From contig VFFB01000002.1 in NCBI GenBank assembly GCA_018882585.1, positions 4,634 to 68,633 on the forward strand: a stretch of 64,000 bases of DNA, read 5' to 3'. The position numbers and the translations under genes were made by a program. Below are positions 19,650 through 28,869 of this stretch, in pieces (position 1 is the first letter of the stretch; every line of letters begins with the position of its first letter). This DNA comes from Candidatus Kapaibacterium sp. (GTDB taxonomy: Bacteria > Bacteroidota > Ignavibacteria > Kapaibacteriales > Kapaibacteriaceae). The notes under the pieces are model-generated. The model ran no database searches. It was not told the origin of the DNA and worked only from the letters and a program-made list of their open reading frames with translations.

Positions 19650-19979
19650 GTGAAGACCATCGTCTTGCTTCTGCTGTCGAACTTGTTTATGACGTTCGCT
19701 TGGTACGGACACCTCAAGTTCCGCGACACTTCGCTCTGGAAGGTCATACTCATATCCTGGTTTATTGCCTTGCCAGAGTATATCCTGCAGGTTCCTGCCA
19801 ACCGCATTGGCTACGGAACGTTCTCGGCGTTCGAGCTCAAGACCATACAGGAAGTAATCACGTTGACGGTCTTCATAGCGTTCTCGGCCGTATATCTACG
19901 CGAAGCCGTACGGTGGAATCACATCGTCGGCTTCCTGTTGATCGTAGCCGCCGTTGTTGTCATCTTCCGAAAGTGGTGA
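19650..19979 (+). CDS. Small DMT-superfamily membrane protein (DUF486-like).
   Basis: 109 aa with four predicted TM helices. MKTIVLLLLSNLFMTFAWYGHLKF... resembles the DUF486 family. Confidence 0.55.
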   Translation: MKTIVLLLLSNLFMTFAWYGHLKFRDTSLWKVILISWFIALPEYILQVPANRIGYGTFSAFELKTIQEVITLTVFIAFSAVYLREAVRWNHIVGFLLIVAAVVVIFRKW

Positions 19980-20000
19980 TTACCCTTCCGGCTGCACCGA

Positions 20001-21008
20001 TCAGTGCAATCCTTCGATCCAAGCCATCGAAAGGTCGACGGTGGCCTTGATACCCTCGACGTGCGTACGCTCCATGCCATGCGATGCATGCACACCCGGA
20101 CCGATCAGCGCAACTCGAGCATCCACGCCAGCGCGCCACGCAGCCGTGCCGTCGGAACTGTAGAACGGATAGACGTCGATAGCGTGAGGGATACCATCGC
20201 GCTCGGCTATTCGCACGAGTTCTTGCCGGAAGGCATAGTCATACGGACCTCCCGAATCTTTGGCGCAGACCGAGCATACGCGCTCGCTTCCGGAACAAGG
20301 ATCGCCGACCACACCCATGTCGATGATGAGCAAGTCTTCGACGGTTGGCGACCAGCCGGCAGCGCCGCCGTGACCAACCTCTTCGTAGGTCGAGAAAAAC
20401 AGCTCAACAGGTGGCGTCATACCTCGTTCCCGGCACAGCCGTGCAATCTCGAACAGCACAAAGCACCCCGCCTTGTTATCCAGGAAGTGACTCTTCACAA
20501 ATCCGCTTTGCAGTTCCTGATACCGCGGATCGACGGCGATGATGTCACCGATCCGAATCCCCAGATTCTTCACATCCCCCGCGCTGGAAACAGATTCATC
20601 GATGCGGATGTGCATCGTATCGACGGTGCGCTCGGCGGTGCCTGCTTTGTTATTGGCGTGTGTCGATGGGTTGTTCAGCAGCAACGTGCCAGTGTACACG
20701 CGACCGTCCAACGTGTGGATGCGCACGTATGCACTCTCGAAGCTTGGCAGCAGCGGTCCGCCCAGCAAGGAAAATCGTAACGTACCGTTGCCGTTGATGC
20801 CGGCTACGATCGCTCCGAGTGTATCCGTATGTGCAGCGATGGCGAGCTTCGGCGTTGCACCCAGCGCAACCCGCACTGCCCCCTTTCGTGTACGAGAGGG
20901 TGCATATCCCATTGATGCCAGTGTGTCGGCAATGAACGTGGCGGCGTTGTCGGTATATCCTGTCGGCGAATCGATCGCAATCAGTTCACGCAGCAGCTTC
21001 AGGTCCAT
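20001..21008 (-). CDS. M42 family metallo-aminopeptidase (FrvX / glutamyl aminopeptidase-like).
   Basis: MDLKLLRELIAIDSPTGYTDN N-terminus, metal ligands of the HxD...D...EE type (AAHTDTLG, DNKAG, EEVG), and about 335 aa. Confidence 0.85.
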   Translation of the reverse strand: MDLKLLRELIAIDSPTGYTDNAATFIADTLASMGYAPSRTRKGAVRVALGATPKLAIAAHTDTLGAIVAGINGNGTLRFSLLGGPLLPSFESAYVRIHTLDGRVYTGTLLLNNPSTHANNKAGTAERTVDTMHIRIDESVSSAGDVKNLGIRIGDIIAVDPRYQELQSGFVKSHFLDNKAGCFVLFEIARLCRERGMTPPVELFFSTYEEVGHGGAAGWSPTVEDLLIIDMGVVGDPCSGSERVCSVCAKDSGGPYDYAFRQELVRIAERDGIPHAIDVYPFYSSDGTAAWRAGVDARVALIGPGVHASHGMERTHVEGIKATVDLSMAWIEGLH

Positions 21009-21037
21009 GGAGCATTCTTTCGTTCAGTAATGGAACA

Positions 21038-21274
21038 TTACACCGATCCCCCAACGATGCGTACGACGTGGTCTTCAAACGCCACCACATCTCCTGGTCG
21101 AGTCTTGTACCGTTTCCGTAGCTCGGTGGCTCCATTCACGGTAACCATACCATCCGCAACAAGCTGTTTGGCCATGCCGCCTGTACTGACCCATCCCATC
21201 ACCTTCAGTACGTTGCAAAGTTCAATGTACTCGCCGGTGATGGCGAATTCTTCGATCGCATCCTGTGTTGTCAT
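21038..21274 (-). CDS. S4-domain RNA-binding protein (YaaA/YbcJ-like).
   Basis: MTTQDAIEEFAITGEYIELCNVLKVMGWVSTGGMAKQLVADGMVTVNGATELRKRYKTRPGDVVAF matches the small S4-like family. The 188-aa track ORF is an antisense extension over the M16 gene start. Confidence 0.6.
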   Translation of the reverse strand: MTTQDAIEEFAITGEYIELCNVLKVMGWVSTGGMAKQLVADGMVTVNGATELRKRYKTRPGDVVAFEDHVVRIVGGSV

Positions 21275-21307
21275 CCCTGCAAAATACGGAAGGGGCAAGG
21301 CGTATCT

Positions 21308-22561
21308 TTGGATATGGCACACGTCGAATCTCATCGCACCACACTTTCGAATGGTCTTCGGGTTGTTGTATGCCCGGACCACGGATCGCCCAACGTCACG
21401 GTAGACGTGATGTATCACGTCGGCTCGTTCGACGAGCGGGCGCATCGTACCGGCTTGGCACATCTGTTCGAACACCTGATGTTCGACAATACCACCACCG
21501 GAGTAGACAAGCAGTACGACACGCTGTGCACCAAGGCCGGAGGATCCAACAACGCCTATACGACCTACGACTACACCAACTACTACATCAACCTTCCTGC
21601 CCATCAGGCCGAGCTAGGGTTCTGGCTCGAGGCCGAGCGCATGAAGGGCTTCATGATCACCGATCATGCCCTGGAAACGCAGCGCAGCGTGGTCATCGAA
21701 GAGATCAACCAGAATGTGAACAACACCCCGTACGGTCGCTGGCGCTTTGCCCAGCAGGCAGCAGCCTTTGATGTACGCAGCTCGTACTCGTGGGAGATCT
21801 ACGGGTCGACCGAACACGTTGCATCTGTTTCGATGGACGATGCCCGAGACTTCTTTGATCGCTACTATGCACCAAAGAATGCGGTCTTGTGTGTTGCGGG
21901 CGACATAACGCCGGAACAGGCATATCTGTATGCCGAACGACACTTCGGAGGTATTTCGTCGCGCCGCGAAGAGGTAGCCAGGAACGGATTCGACGAATCG
22001 TGGAAGCTTCGGGGCGGACATGTGGTGCAGACAGATGCCGTGACCATTCCCGCTGTCTTTATCAGCTTTCACATCCCCGGTGATCGCCTCATGGCTCCGC
22101 AGGCCGGCGAAGTGCTGGCAACGTTGCTGGGCTCGGGCCGAACGAGTGCGCTCTATCGTTCGATGGTTGTCGACCAGCGTATCGCCTCGTCCGTTGGTGC
22201 ATACCTCGACCGTCGCGATCATGCGACGTTGCTGACGTTGTACGCCTTTGCAACAACACCTGTGATCGAACCTGCCGCACTCGCTGCAAGCATGCTTACC
22301 ACGGCAGTTGAATGCAGTCCCACGGAAGCATCGACGATGGCTGCCGCGAATAAACTCGCCACATCAACAGCGATGGAATTGCAGAAGAACAGCGGCGTTG
22401 CCGACGCCGTCGCCTGGCACACCATCTTCAAGGATGATCCGGCCTACGTCAACACCTTGGTCGATCGGTACAGGTCTGTCACTACAGAGTCGGTCGATAC
22501 GCTGCTGCGGACCTATGTGGTTTCCGAGAACAGTGTGCGCGTTGATGTCGTGCCCGAGTAG
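21308..22561 (+). CDS. M16 family zinc peptidase (pitrilysin-like).
   Basis: Inverted zinc motif HLFEHLMF (HxxEH) with downstream E...E ligands and about 417 aa. Confidence 0.85.
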   Translation: MDMAHVESHRTTLSNGLRVVVCPDHGSPNVTVDVMYHVGSFDERAHRTGLAHLFEHLMFDNTTTGVDKQYDTLCTKAGGSNNAYTTYDYTNYYINLPAHQAELGFWLEAERMKGFMITDHALETQRSVVIEEINQNVNNTPYGRWRFAQQAAAFDVRSSYSWEIYGSTEHVASVSMDDARDFFDRYYAPKNAVLCVAGDITPEQAYLYAERHFGGISSRREEVARNGFDESWKLRGGHVVQTDAVTIPAVFISFHIPGDRLMAPQAGEVLATLLGSGRTSALYRSMVVDQRIASSVGAYLDRRDHATLLTLYAFATTPVIEPAALAASMLTTAVECSPTEASTMAAANKLATSTAMELQKNSGVADAVAWHTIFKDDPAYVNTLVDRYRSVTTESVDTLLRTYVVSENSVRVDVVPE

Positions 22562-22573
22562 CGCCCGCTTCGG

Positions 22574-23728
22574 TCAGACGCCAGAGAGTCGTTCTGCCGC
22601 GGCGTCAAGCGTGGCATCTTCCTTGGCAAAGCAGAATCGCACCACGCGGTCGGTGCTACCCCTCGAACCACCGATGAACGGCGAGATCGGAATCGCTGCT
22701 ACGCCGTGATCGATCGTCAGACGTCGGGCAAAGGCAACGTCGTCTTCGTCCGAGATCGCCTCGTATCCCAACAGCTGAAAGTACGTCCCTTCACACGGAC
22801 GAACGGTCCACGGTGTGCCTTCAAGGGCAGCCCTGAAGCGGTCCCGTTTGGCTGTAAAGAATGTCGACAGACCAAGGTACACAGCCGGGTCTGACATGTA
22901 TGTTGCCAACGCGACCTGGCTGGGCGTGTGCACGCTGAACGACAGGAACTGATGTACTTTTCGGAACTCCTGTGTGAGAAGCGGCGAGGCAACGCAGCAG
23001 CCGATCTTCCAACCCGTGGTGTGGAATGTCTTACCGAAGGATGTTACCACGAAGGAGCGGTCTCGCAGGGCCGGCACGTCCAGCACCGAGCGATGTCGCC
23101 TTCCGTCGAACGTGATCAGTTCATACACTTCGTCGCTCAGCACAACGATCGGACCATCGCCGACGATCTGTGCGAGGGCATCAAGGTCGTCATCGCCCCA
23201 CATCGTACCTGTTGGATTGTGTGGCGTGTTCACGATGATCATGGTTGTTCGGTCCGAAACGAGTGATCGCACCTCGTCCCAATCCGGTTGATACTCCGGC
23301 GCCCGTAGGAGTGCGCGGCGAACGATGCCCCCATTGACCGTAATGGCCGGGGCGTAACTGTCATAGGCGGGGTCGAAGATGATCACTTCGTCGCCAGGCT
23401 GCACCACGGCGGCGATCGCTGTGTACAGGGCTGCGGTGGCGCCGGGAGAGATCGTTATCTCGGTATCGGCGTCGAGCCGGATATCATGTGCGACGGCGTA
23501 TTTCTGTGCGATGGCACGTCGCAGGGCCGGAAGGCCCGCCATAGGAGCATACTGATTATGTCCGCTGACCATTGCGTGCCGCACCAGATCGATGAGATCG
23601 GGTGCGGCAGCATAGTCGGGGAATCCTTGAGCCAGATTGATGGCGTCGTGCTCCAGAGCGAGCGCCGTCATCACGCTGAAGATCGTCGTTCCCTCGTTCG
23701 GGAGTTTCGACCTTAACATCTCCAACAT
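22574..23728 (-). CDS. PLP-dependent class I/II aminotransferase (YbdL/methionine aminotransferase-like).
   Basis: N-terminus ...TIFSVMTALALEHDAINLAQGFPDY..., the PLP lysine region SFGKTFHTTGWKIG (SxxK) and about 384 aa. Confidence 0.85.
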   Translation of the reverse strand: MLEMLRSKLPNEGTTIFSVMTALALEHDAINLAQGFPDYAAAPDLIDLVRHAMVSGHNQYAPMAGLPALRRAIAQKYAVAHDIRLDADTEITISPGATAALYTAIAAVVQPGDEVIIFDPAYDSYAPAITVNGGIVRRALLRAPEYQPDWDEVRSLVSDRTTMIIVNTPHNPTGTMWGDDDLDALAQIVGDGPIVVLSDEVYELITFDGRRHRSVLDVPALRDRSFVVTSFGKTFHTTGWKIGCCVASPLLTQEFRKVHQFLSFSVHTPSQVALATYMSDPAVYLGLSTFFTAKRDRFRAALEGTPWTVRPCEGTYFQLLGYEAISDEDDVAFARRLTIDHGVAAIPISPFIGGSRGSTDRVVRFCFAKEDATLDAAAERLSGV

Positions 23729-24696
23729 CAGCTTTCGAGGATCAATCGTACGTTCTTGGCGATATGGTCACCCTCTTTGTTGTATCCAAGGGTGAATTCG
23801 ACGGTATCGCCTTCACGCAGATCTTCAAAGCTCGTGTCGATCAGGTCCTTCTCGTGGAAGAACAGGTTGTTTGGCGAAAACTTGATGAAGCCATACGTGG
23901 TCTTCAGCGCCATGACCTCGCCTTCTTGCGGGATGTTGTCGCTGGACTCAACTTCCGGCACACGGTCGGCGGGTTCCGAGCGATATCGATCCTGGCGATC
24001 TAACGAAAACTCCTGCTGCGACTTCTGTTTCCGGCCATCTGTGGCCACGAACAGGTTCAGGATCAACGGCTCGTTCTTGCGTGTGCGGTTCTCGATGATC
24101 TCGTGCATCGCAACCGGATAGGTCACTTCTTCGAGAAGCTCTTGCGACGTCCGCGTTACGATATGGCGTCCCTCCTGATCCTCGAACTCGAAGTCCCACG
24201 AAAGCACCATCACACGCGTTCCCAGCGTGTTGAGCTTGCGGAGCAACGGCACGTAGTCTCCGTCAGAGGTGATCAGAACAACCACGTCGAAGTGCTTCAG
24301 CGTCGTCAACTCGTACGCTTCAAGAGCCATCCACACGTCGATGCCTTTCTCTTCACGACGTCCACCGGCGCTTCGAACGGGCAGATAGTGCGTATCCACA
24401 CCCTCCCACATCAGGATGTCGTCGAACACCCGCTCGTAGTACAGAAGATTGCCGCGAGACTGTGCTTCGATGGCCGGAATGCGGCCTCGGAAGAAGTGCG
24501 CATCGACGATCTGACAGTACTGGAACTCGGACCCTTCGTGTTCTGCCACCATGGTCCGAATGAAATCATGCAGGCCCCGAATGCTTATCCGGCTTTGACG
24601 GGCATGATTGAACGCGTAATAGTTGTTTACGTGAAGGAAGAAGTTCCCATCGTAAAAAACACCGATACGCGTAAGTTTTGTTGTAGACTGCAACAT
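23728..24696 (-). CDS. NYN-domain (LabA-like) ribonuclease fused to a C-terminal cold-shock domain.
   Basis: N-terminus: IGVFYDGNF...EKGIDVWMALE...ITSDGDYVPLLRKL (NYN/LabA motifs). C-terminus: GEVMALKTTYGFIKF...LREGDTVEFTLGYNKEGDHIAKNVRL (cold-shock OB-fold). Its start overlaps the aminotransferase stop. Confidence 0.8.
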   Translation of the reverse strand: MLQSTTKLTRIGVFYDGNFFLHVNNYYAFNHARQSRISIRGLHDFIRTMVAEHEGSEFQYCQIVDAHFFRGRIPAIEAQSRGNLLYYERVFDDILMWEGVDTHYLPVRSAGGRREEKGIDVWMALEAYELTTLKHFDVVVLITSDGDYVPLLRKLNTLGTRVMVLSWDFEFEDQEGRHIVTRTSQELLEEVTYPVAMHEIIENRTRKNEPLILNLFVATDGRKQKSQQEFSLDRQDRYRSEPADRVPEVESSDNIPQEGEVMALKTTYGFIKFSPNNLFFHEKDLIDTSFEDLREGDTVEFTLGYNKEGDHIAKNVRLILES

Positions 24697-25043
24697 ACAT
24701 ACACCAAAAAAAAGGTTGTTCTAAGATTACGGACCGTGGTGAGAATCCGTAGTCAGTAAAAATACAACGTTCGCGGCTAGCGTGCAGCTATCACAGCGAA
24801 ACGCTAAACAGCAGCGAACAGTGTACTTCAGGAAACGCAAAAAACAGGAATCGTTACAAAAGTTACAAGCACTACGGCTTTTTTCCTTTGCACCCTTCTT
24901 TCACCGGTCGAGGAGTTGACGTGAGATATGGATGGTGTTGGATCACCAATGTTGTTCGATGGATCAAGCGCAACCCCAACGACATGCACGTCGCTCGGCG
25001 TTGGCAAAGAGGATACCCCCACGACAACAATGCCAACGCGCTG

Positions 25044-25796
25044 TCAGAACGTTGCGCCAGCCTTCTCAAGAACCTGGATGACCAGTTTGCGCTTATACTC
25101 TTTAGCGTATGCCAGTGCTGTCTTCATGTTCAGGTCAACCGCAGTGATGTCTGGTTTATGGCGCAGCAGCAGACGTACCATTTCGTCTTCGCCGAGCAGT
25201 GACAACAACATGAGTGGTGTGCGTCCCTGCAGGTCGCGTGTGTTGGGGTCGGCGCCATTATCAAGGAGTTCGGTCATCACGTTCAAGTGTCGTTCGCCGC
25301 AGGCGATCATCAGTGCGGAGTTGCCCTTTTCGTCTTTCAGTTCCGTGTTTGCCTTGGCTTCGAGCAGCATGGTGATCGGATTGTTGACACCTTGCTTGGC
25401 CGCAACGATCAACGCTGTTCGACCTTTGGAGTCCTGCACGTTTGGCTTCGCGCCACCGGCCAACAACATAGGAATCACACGCTCGCTGGTATTGAATGCG
25501 GCCGCCATCAGCGCAGTCATGCCAACATTGTTCTGAAGGTTAGGATCAGCCCCGCGACGTAGCAGCAACTCGGCCAACACGGAATCGTTGGTGACGGCCG
25601 CCATCATGAGCGGCGTCAGCCCTTCGGCGTCGCGCTCATTTACATCAACGGTGGCCTTCTTCTTATTCAGAAGCTTTATCACCGACTCACGATCACCGGA
25701 ACGTAGCCTATCAAGAATGCCTTGGCTTGAAACGTCAAGGCCTGCTCCAAGGAACAGGCCGACCAGCATCGCGTAGGCGAGAAGCATCGTTTGCAT
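25044..25796 (-). CDS. Secreted ankyrin-repeat protein.
   Basis: Signal peptide MQTMLLAYAMLVGLFLGAGL, then about six ankyrin repeats ('G.TPLM.AA..G...vv..LL..GADPN'). Confidence 0.85.
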   Translation of the reverse strand: MQTMLLAYAMLVGLFLGAGLDVSSQGILDRLRSGDRESVIKLLNKKKATVDVNERDAEGLTPLMMAAVTNDSVLAELLLRRGADPNLQNNVGMTALMAAAFNTSERVIPMLLAGGAKPNVQDSKGRTALIVAAKQGVNNPITMLLEAKANTELKDEKGNSALMIACGERHLNVMTELLDNGADPNTRDLQGRTPLMLLSLLGEDEMVRLLLRHKPDITAVDLNMKTALAYAKEYKRKLVIQVLEKAGATF

Positions 25797-25799
25797 CGA

Positions 25800-26390
25800 T
25801 CAGAATCCTTGCTTTTGCAGGAAAATACCTTTGTCGACCTTGACGAAGAAATCTTGGTAGAACTTTGGATCATTGACGGCTTGTACGCTCATCGGGTCGC
25901 CCTTGTTGTCCAGGATCTTTGCCTGGAAGTTCGCTCGTACCTTGCAGCGTTTTCCAAGTTCAGATACGTTGACGCTAACCTCCACGCTCTTGAACGCAGC
26001 TGTCCGAATCTCACGTTCACGGTCGCGGTCCCGAGGAGTGGTGGCCCGATTGCGATTGGAGTTGCCCCCCAGGGCCAGCATGATCACTTCCATCCAGTAA
26101 TCGTCGCTGCGATTGGCTGTTGTTTGCTGCTGTGCACCAGACAGGTTGACCTCTTTTGCCGCCGTTAACAGGCCAAGATCGGGTACGGCATTCTTGACGA
26201 CGAATCCATCGTCCTGAAGAACGTTCAGGACGGCCTTCAACACAAGCTTGACGTCGTTCGTGTCATACTCTCGAGTTTGAAACTCTCGAGTTTGCAGTTG
26301 TGTCGGCTGCGGTCGCGTAACGGGGGGCCTGCTGACGAACGTGCAACCAACGAAGGTCAGAGCTATGCTTGCCATGAGTAGGTTTCGCAT
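25800..26390 (-). CDS. Lipoprotein of unknown function.
   Basis: Lipobox ...ALTFVGC followed by a Pro/Gln-rich linker. The charged segment RDRDRERE and the C-terminus ...GIFLQKQGF are not assignable by eye. It sits in the operon between the ankyrin and BamE-like genes. Confidence 0.6.
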   Translation of the reverse strand: MRNLLMASIALTFVGCTFVSRPPVTRPQPTQLQTREFQTREYDTNDVKLVLKAVLNVLQDDGFVVKNAVPDLGLLTAAKEVNLSGAQQQTTANRSDDYWMEVIMLALGGNSNRNRATTPRDRDREREIRTAAFKSVEVSVNVSELGKRCKVRANFQAKILDNKGDPMSVQAVNDPKFYQDFFVKVDKGIFLQKQGF

Positions 26391-26398
26391 GAGCGATC

Positions 26399-26845
26399 TC
26401 AGAACTTGCTTTGGTGATATGAGAATGTCTCGACCTTATCGTTGGCGTCGAACTTGATCACTACAGTCAGCGTGCGCTGTGTCTGGCTGACGGCGCCGCT
26501 CTGATTGCTGAAGCCACCAAGGATAAGAAACATCGCGTTCTGACTTTGCGAATAGGAGACTTCGGTCGCGATCTTGTCATAGACCCAAGTCGTACGTTCC
26601 TTCTCGTCGCGCGTTACAATGTTCGGCGATCCCAGAGCCTCGGCAACTTCAGCGCCGGACATCCCTTTGCGAATCTCCTTTTGCACGATACCTGCGGTGA
26701 GTTCACGCTCTTGCGTCGACCGAAGGTCGCGCACATTGTCTTGCGCCGAGCGACATCCAAGCGAGACTACGGTGATCAGCACAAGCAGTGCTGCTGTTGA
26801 AGTGCGTGCTGACATGATGTTCCTGTAAAGGTGGTGGAAGGTCAA
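26399..26845 (-). CDS. Small lipoprotein with a BamE (SmpA/OmlA)-like domain.
   Basis: Lipobox VVSLGC. 'GMSGAEVAEALGSPNIV...TTWVYD...LTVVIKFDANDKVETFSY' resembles the SmpA/OmlA fold. The start may instead be at 26815 (MSARTS...). Confidence 0.5.
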   Translation of the reverse strand: MTFHHLYRNIMSARTSTAALLVLITVVSLGCRSAQDNVRDLRSTQERELTAGIVQKEIRKGMSGAEVAEALGSPNIVTRDEKERTTWVYDKIATEVSYSQSQNAMFLILGGFSNQSGAVSQTQRTLTVVIKFDANDKVETFSYHQSKF

Positions 26846-27669
26846 AACTGAATCGTAAGTCCCAAGGAGAAGAAGACGTTGTCAGAGTTCGACACCGTCG
26901 CCGATCGGAAGACGTACGTCGAATTCATCGGATCCGTTTCGTTGATCTTCGGTTCAACGTTCGAGACTTCGACAGACGAACCATAGAGGTATCGCAGTCG
27001 TATGTCGACCAGCATCCGCTGCAACGCATTGGGCAGATTGACAAAATCCGCTGTCTTCACGCTCACGCCGGCGCCGACGCCATAGGTCCAGCCGACGTCG
27101 TTACGGTCGTCCGATTGTGACCGAACCTCTTCGAAGCGGCGTTGCGTGACGCTGAAATCCGATGAATACGATGTAAAACCGGCCACACCCTCGATATATG
27201 GGAACACCCACGTTCCGATGTTTGGCATGAATCGCACGGCAATATTAACGGGGATCATGGTTGTCGACGAATGAATGTCTATGGTGTCGCGAAACAATCC
27301 AGACTGAAAGGTTCTTCGCTGATTGTCGCCAGCTTGAAAGGCCATGCCCAAGTCGACGGTAACGGCTACGGGAAGAGGATCGAAGTAATATCCGGCCATG
27401 AGGTTGAATCCAAGGCCGGAACCTTCCGCACCGATCGAGTCGAAAGCCCTTCGAAGGTCACTCTGCGGATTGCCAACAAGAAAGTCGGCGCCAACAAACC
27501 AGTTCAGCTTGTTCTGTTTGATCCTGGCGATGAGCGCTTCCTCCGACCGTGCCGGCGGAGCAGTCTGGTCCTCGCCCCCGGTGCGTGGCTCTTCTGCTGC
27601 ACCCTGACCAAAGAGTGTGGTTGTTCCGATGACGATGAACAAGAGACCGAGGAACAGGTTGTTGCGCAT
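26842..27669 (-). CDS. Outer-membrane beta-barrel protein (OmpA-like or porin-like barrel, no C-terminal domain).
   Basis: Signal peptide MRNNLFLGLLFIVIGTTTLFGQ, alternating amphipathic strands and a terminal ...FFSLGLTIQF (aromatic C-terminus typical of OMPs). Confidence 0.65.
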   Translation of the reverse strand: MRNNLFLGLLFIVIGTTTLFGQGAAEEPRTGGEDQTAPPARSEEALIARIKQNKLNWFVGADFLVGNPQSDLRRAFDSIGAEGSGLGFNLMAGYYFDPLPVAVTVDLGMAFQAGDNQRRTFQSGLFRDTIDIHSSTTMIPVNIAVRFMPNIGTWVFPYIEGVAGFTSYSSDFSVTQRRFEEVRSQSDDRNDVGWTYGVGAGVSVKTADFVNLPNALQRMLVDIRLRYLYGSSVEVSNVEPKINETDPMNSTYVFRSATVSNSDNVFFSLGLTIQF

Positions 27670-27874
27670 GGACGATCCTGGGTGGTGTGAACGTTGGAAC
27701 GGGCAAGAGGTACGTTTGACTCCGAAAAACGTTGCATCGCTCCGTAAAGATACGGCAGTGTAACTAGGAATGACGGAGACGTTATGATGTCATGATTACC
27801 ACATCTTGACGGGTTTCCAAGGATGTAAACACGAAGATTCGCAGCGGATCTTTTCACACATTCTTGGGGGAATC

Positions 27875-28810
27875 ATGTTGTCACGACGCACACTGGTGCG
27901 TACCGCAGTTCTAGCTGGGGCAGGCTTGGCTGTCCGTCCGGCCCTTCGTGCGCAATCAGCACCTGCACTCATCCATCCTATACAACCCGACCTTGATCAG
28001 GTGCATGATCAAGGGGCGTGGGTTTGCTGGATTGGTCATTCCACAGTGTTGATAAACCTGTTTGGAACGTGGATATTGACCGACCCGGTGCTGTTCGACA
28101 ACTTCGGGTTCCGCATTCTTGGCGTAACAGTGGGTCCTCGTCGCTACATCCGTCCGGCGCTTACATTGGAGCAGATACCCAGGCCAGACATCGTGTTGCT
28201 GTCACATGCCCACATAGACCACATGGATTTGCGAACGCTGTCGGCCATCGCGGAGCGCTTTCGCAACCAGGTCGATGTTATAACCGCGACGAATACTTCC
28301 GACGTGATCAACGATATGCCGTGGCGTAACCTGAACGAGATGGACTGGACCGATACGGCGACAATCCACGGATGCTCGGTGCAGGCCCTGCAGGTGAAGC
28401 ATAACGGAAACCGCTTGCCCGGAGAACCCTGCAGATCCGACGGTTACCGCCGAACGGGCCGAAGCTATAATGGCTACATCCTTGAACGGAATGGTATCCG
28501 TATCGTCTTTGGCGGAGACACGGCGTACACCACATCGTTCCGCGACATCAAAGGTGATGTCGATGTTGCCATCATGCCAATCGGCGCGTACCAAGGTTAT
28601 CACGAGGATCACTGCACACCGGAAGAATCCCTGGCCATGGCCGAAATGATGCGAGCAAGACACGTTGTGCCGGTCCATCATGCCACGTTCAACATGAGTC
28701 CGGAGCCACGGCTCGAACCCATCATGCGGCTGCGCCGCGCAATGAAGAGTTCGACAACGCAGCTTGCAACACAGGGCATCGGCGACGTGCTACGCGTCGA
28801 CGCAACGTGA
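27875..28810 (+). CDS. Secreted MBL-fold metallo-hydrolase with a Tat-type signal.
   Basis: MLSRRTLVRTAVLAGAGLAV (twin-arginine) and HAHIDH (HxHxDH) with downstream His and Asp ligands. Confidence 0.85.
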   Translation: MLSRRTLVRTAVLAGAGLAVRPALRAQSAPALIHPIQPDLDQVHDQGAWVCWIGHSTVLINLFGTWILTDPVLFDNFGFRILGVTVGPRRYIRPALTLEQIPRPDIVLLSHAHIDHMDLRTLSAIAERFRNQVDVITATNTSDVINDMPWRNLNEMDWTDTATIHGCSVQALQVKHNGNRLPGEPCRSDGYRRTGRSYNGYILERNGIRIVFGGDTAYTTSFRDIKGDVDVAIMPIGAYQGYHEDHCTPEESLAMAEMMRARHVVPVHHATFNMSPEPRLEPIMRLRRAMKSSTTQLATQGIGDVLRVDAT

Positions 28811-28869
28811 CACACCGCAACAGCGCGTGATTGCGTAGGTTGGTCGGACTCCACGATCAACGAAGTTCT

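Noticed and set aside
21275-21604. Long form (188 aa) of the S4-domain gene.
   Set aside because: Only the C-terminal about 79 aa match the S4-like family. The extension is antisense to the M16 peptidase N-terminus.
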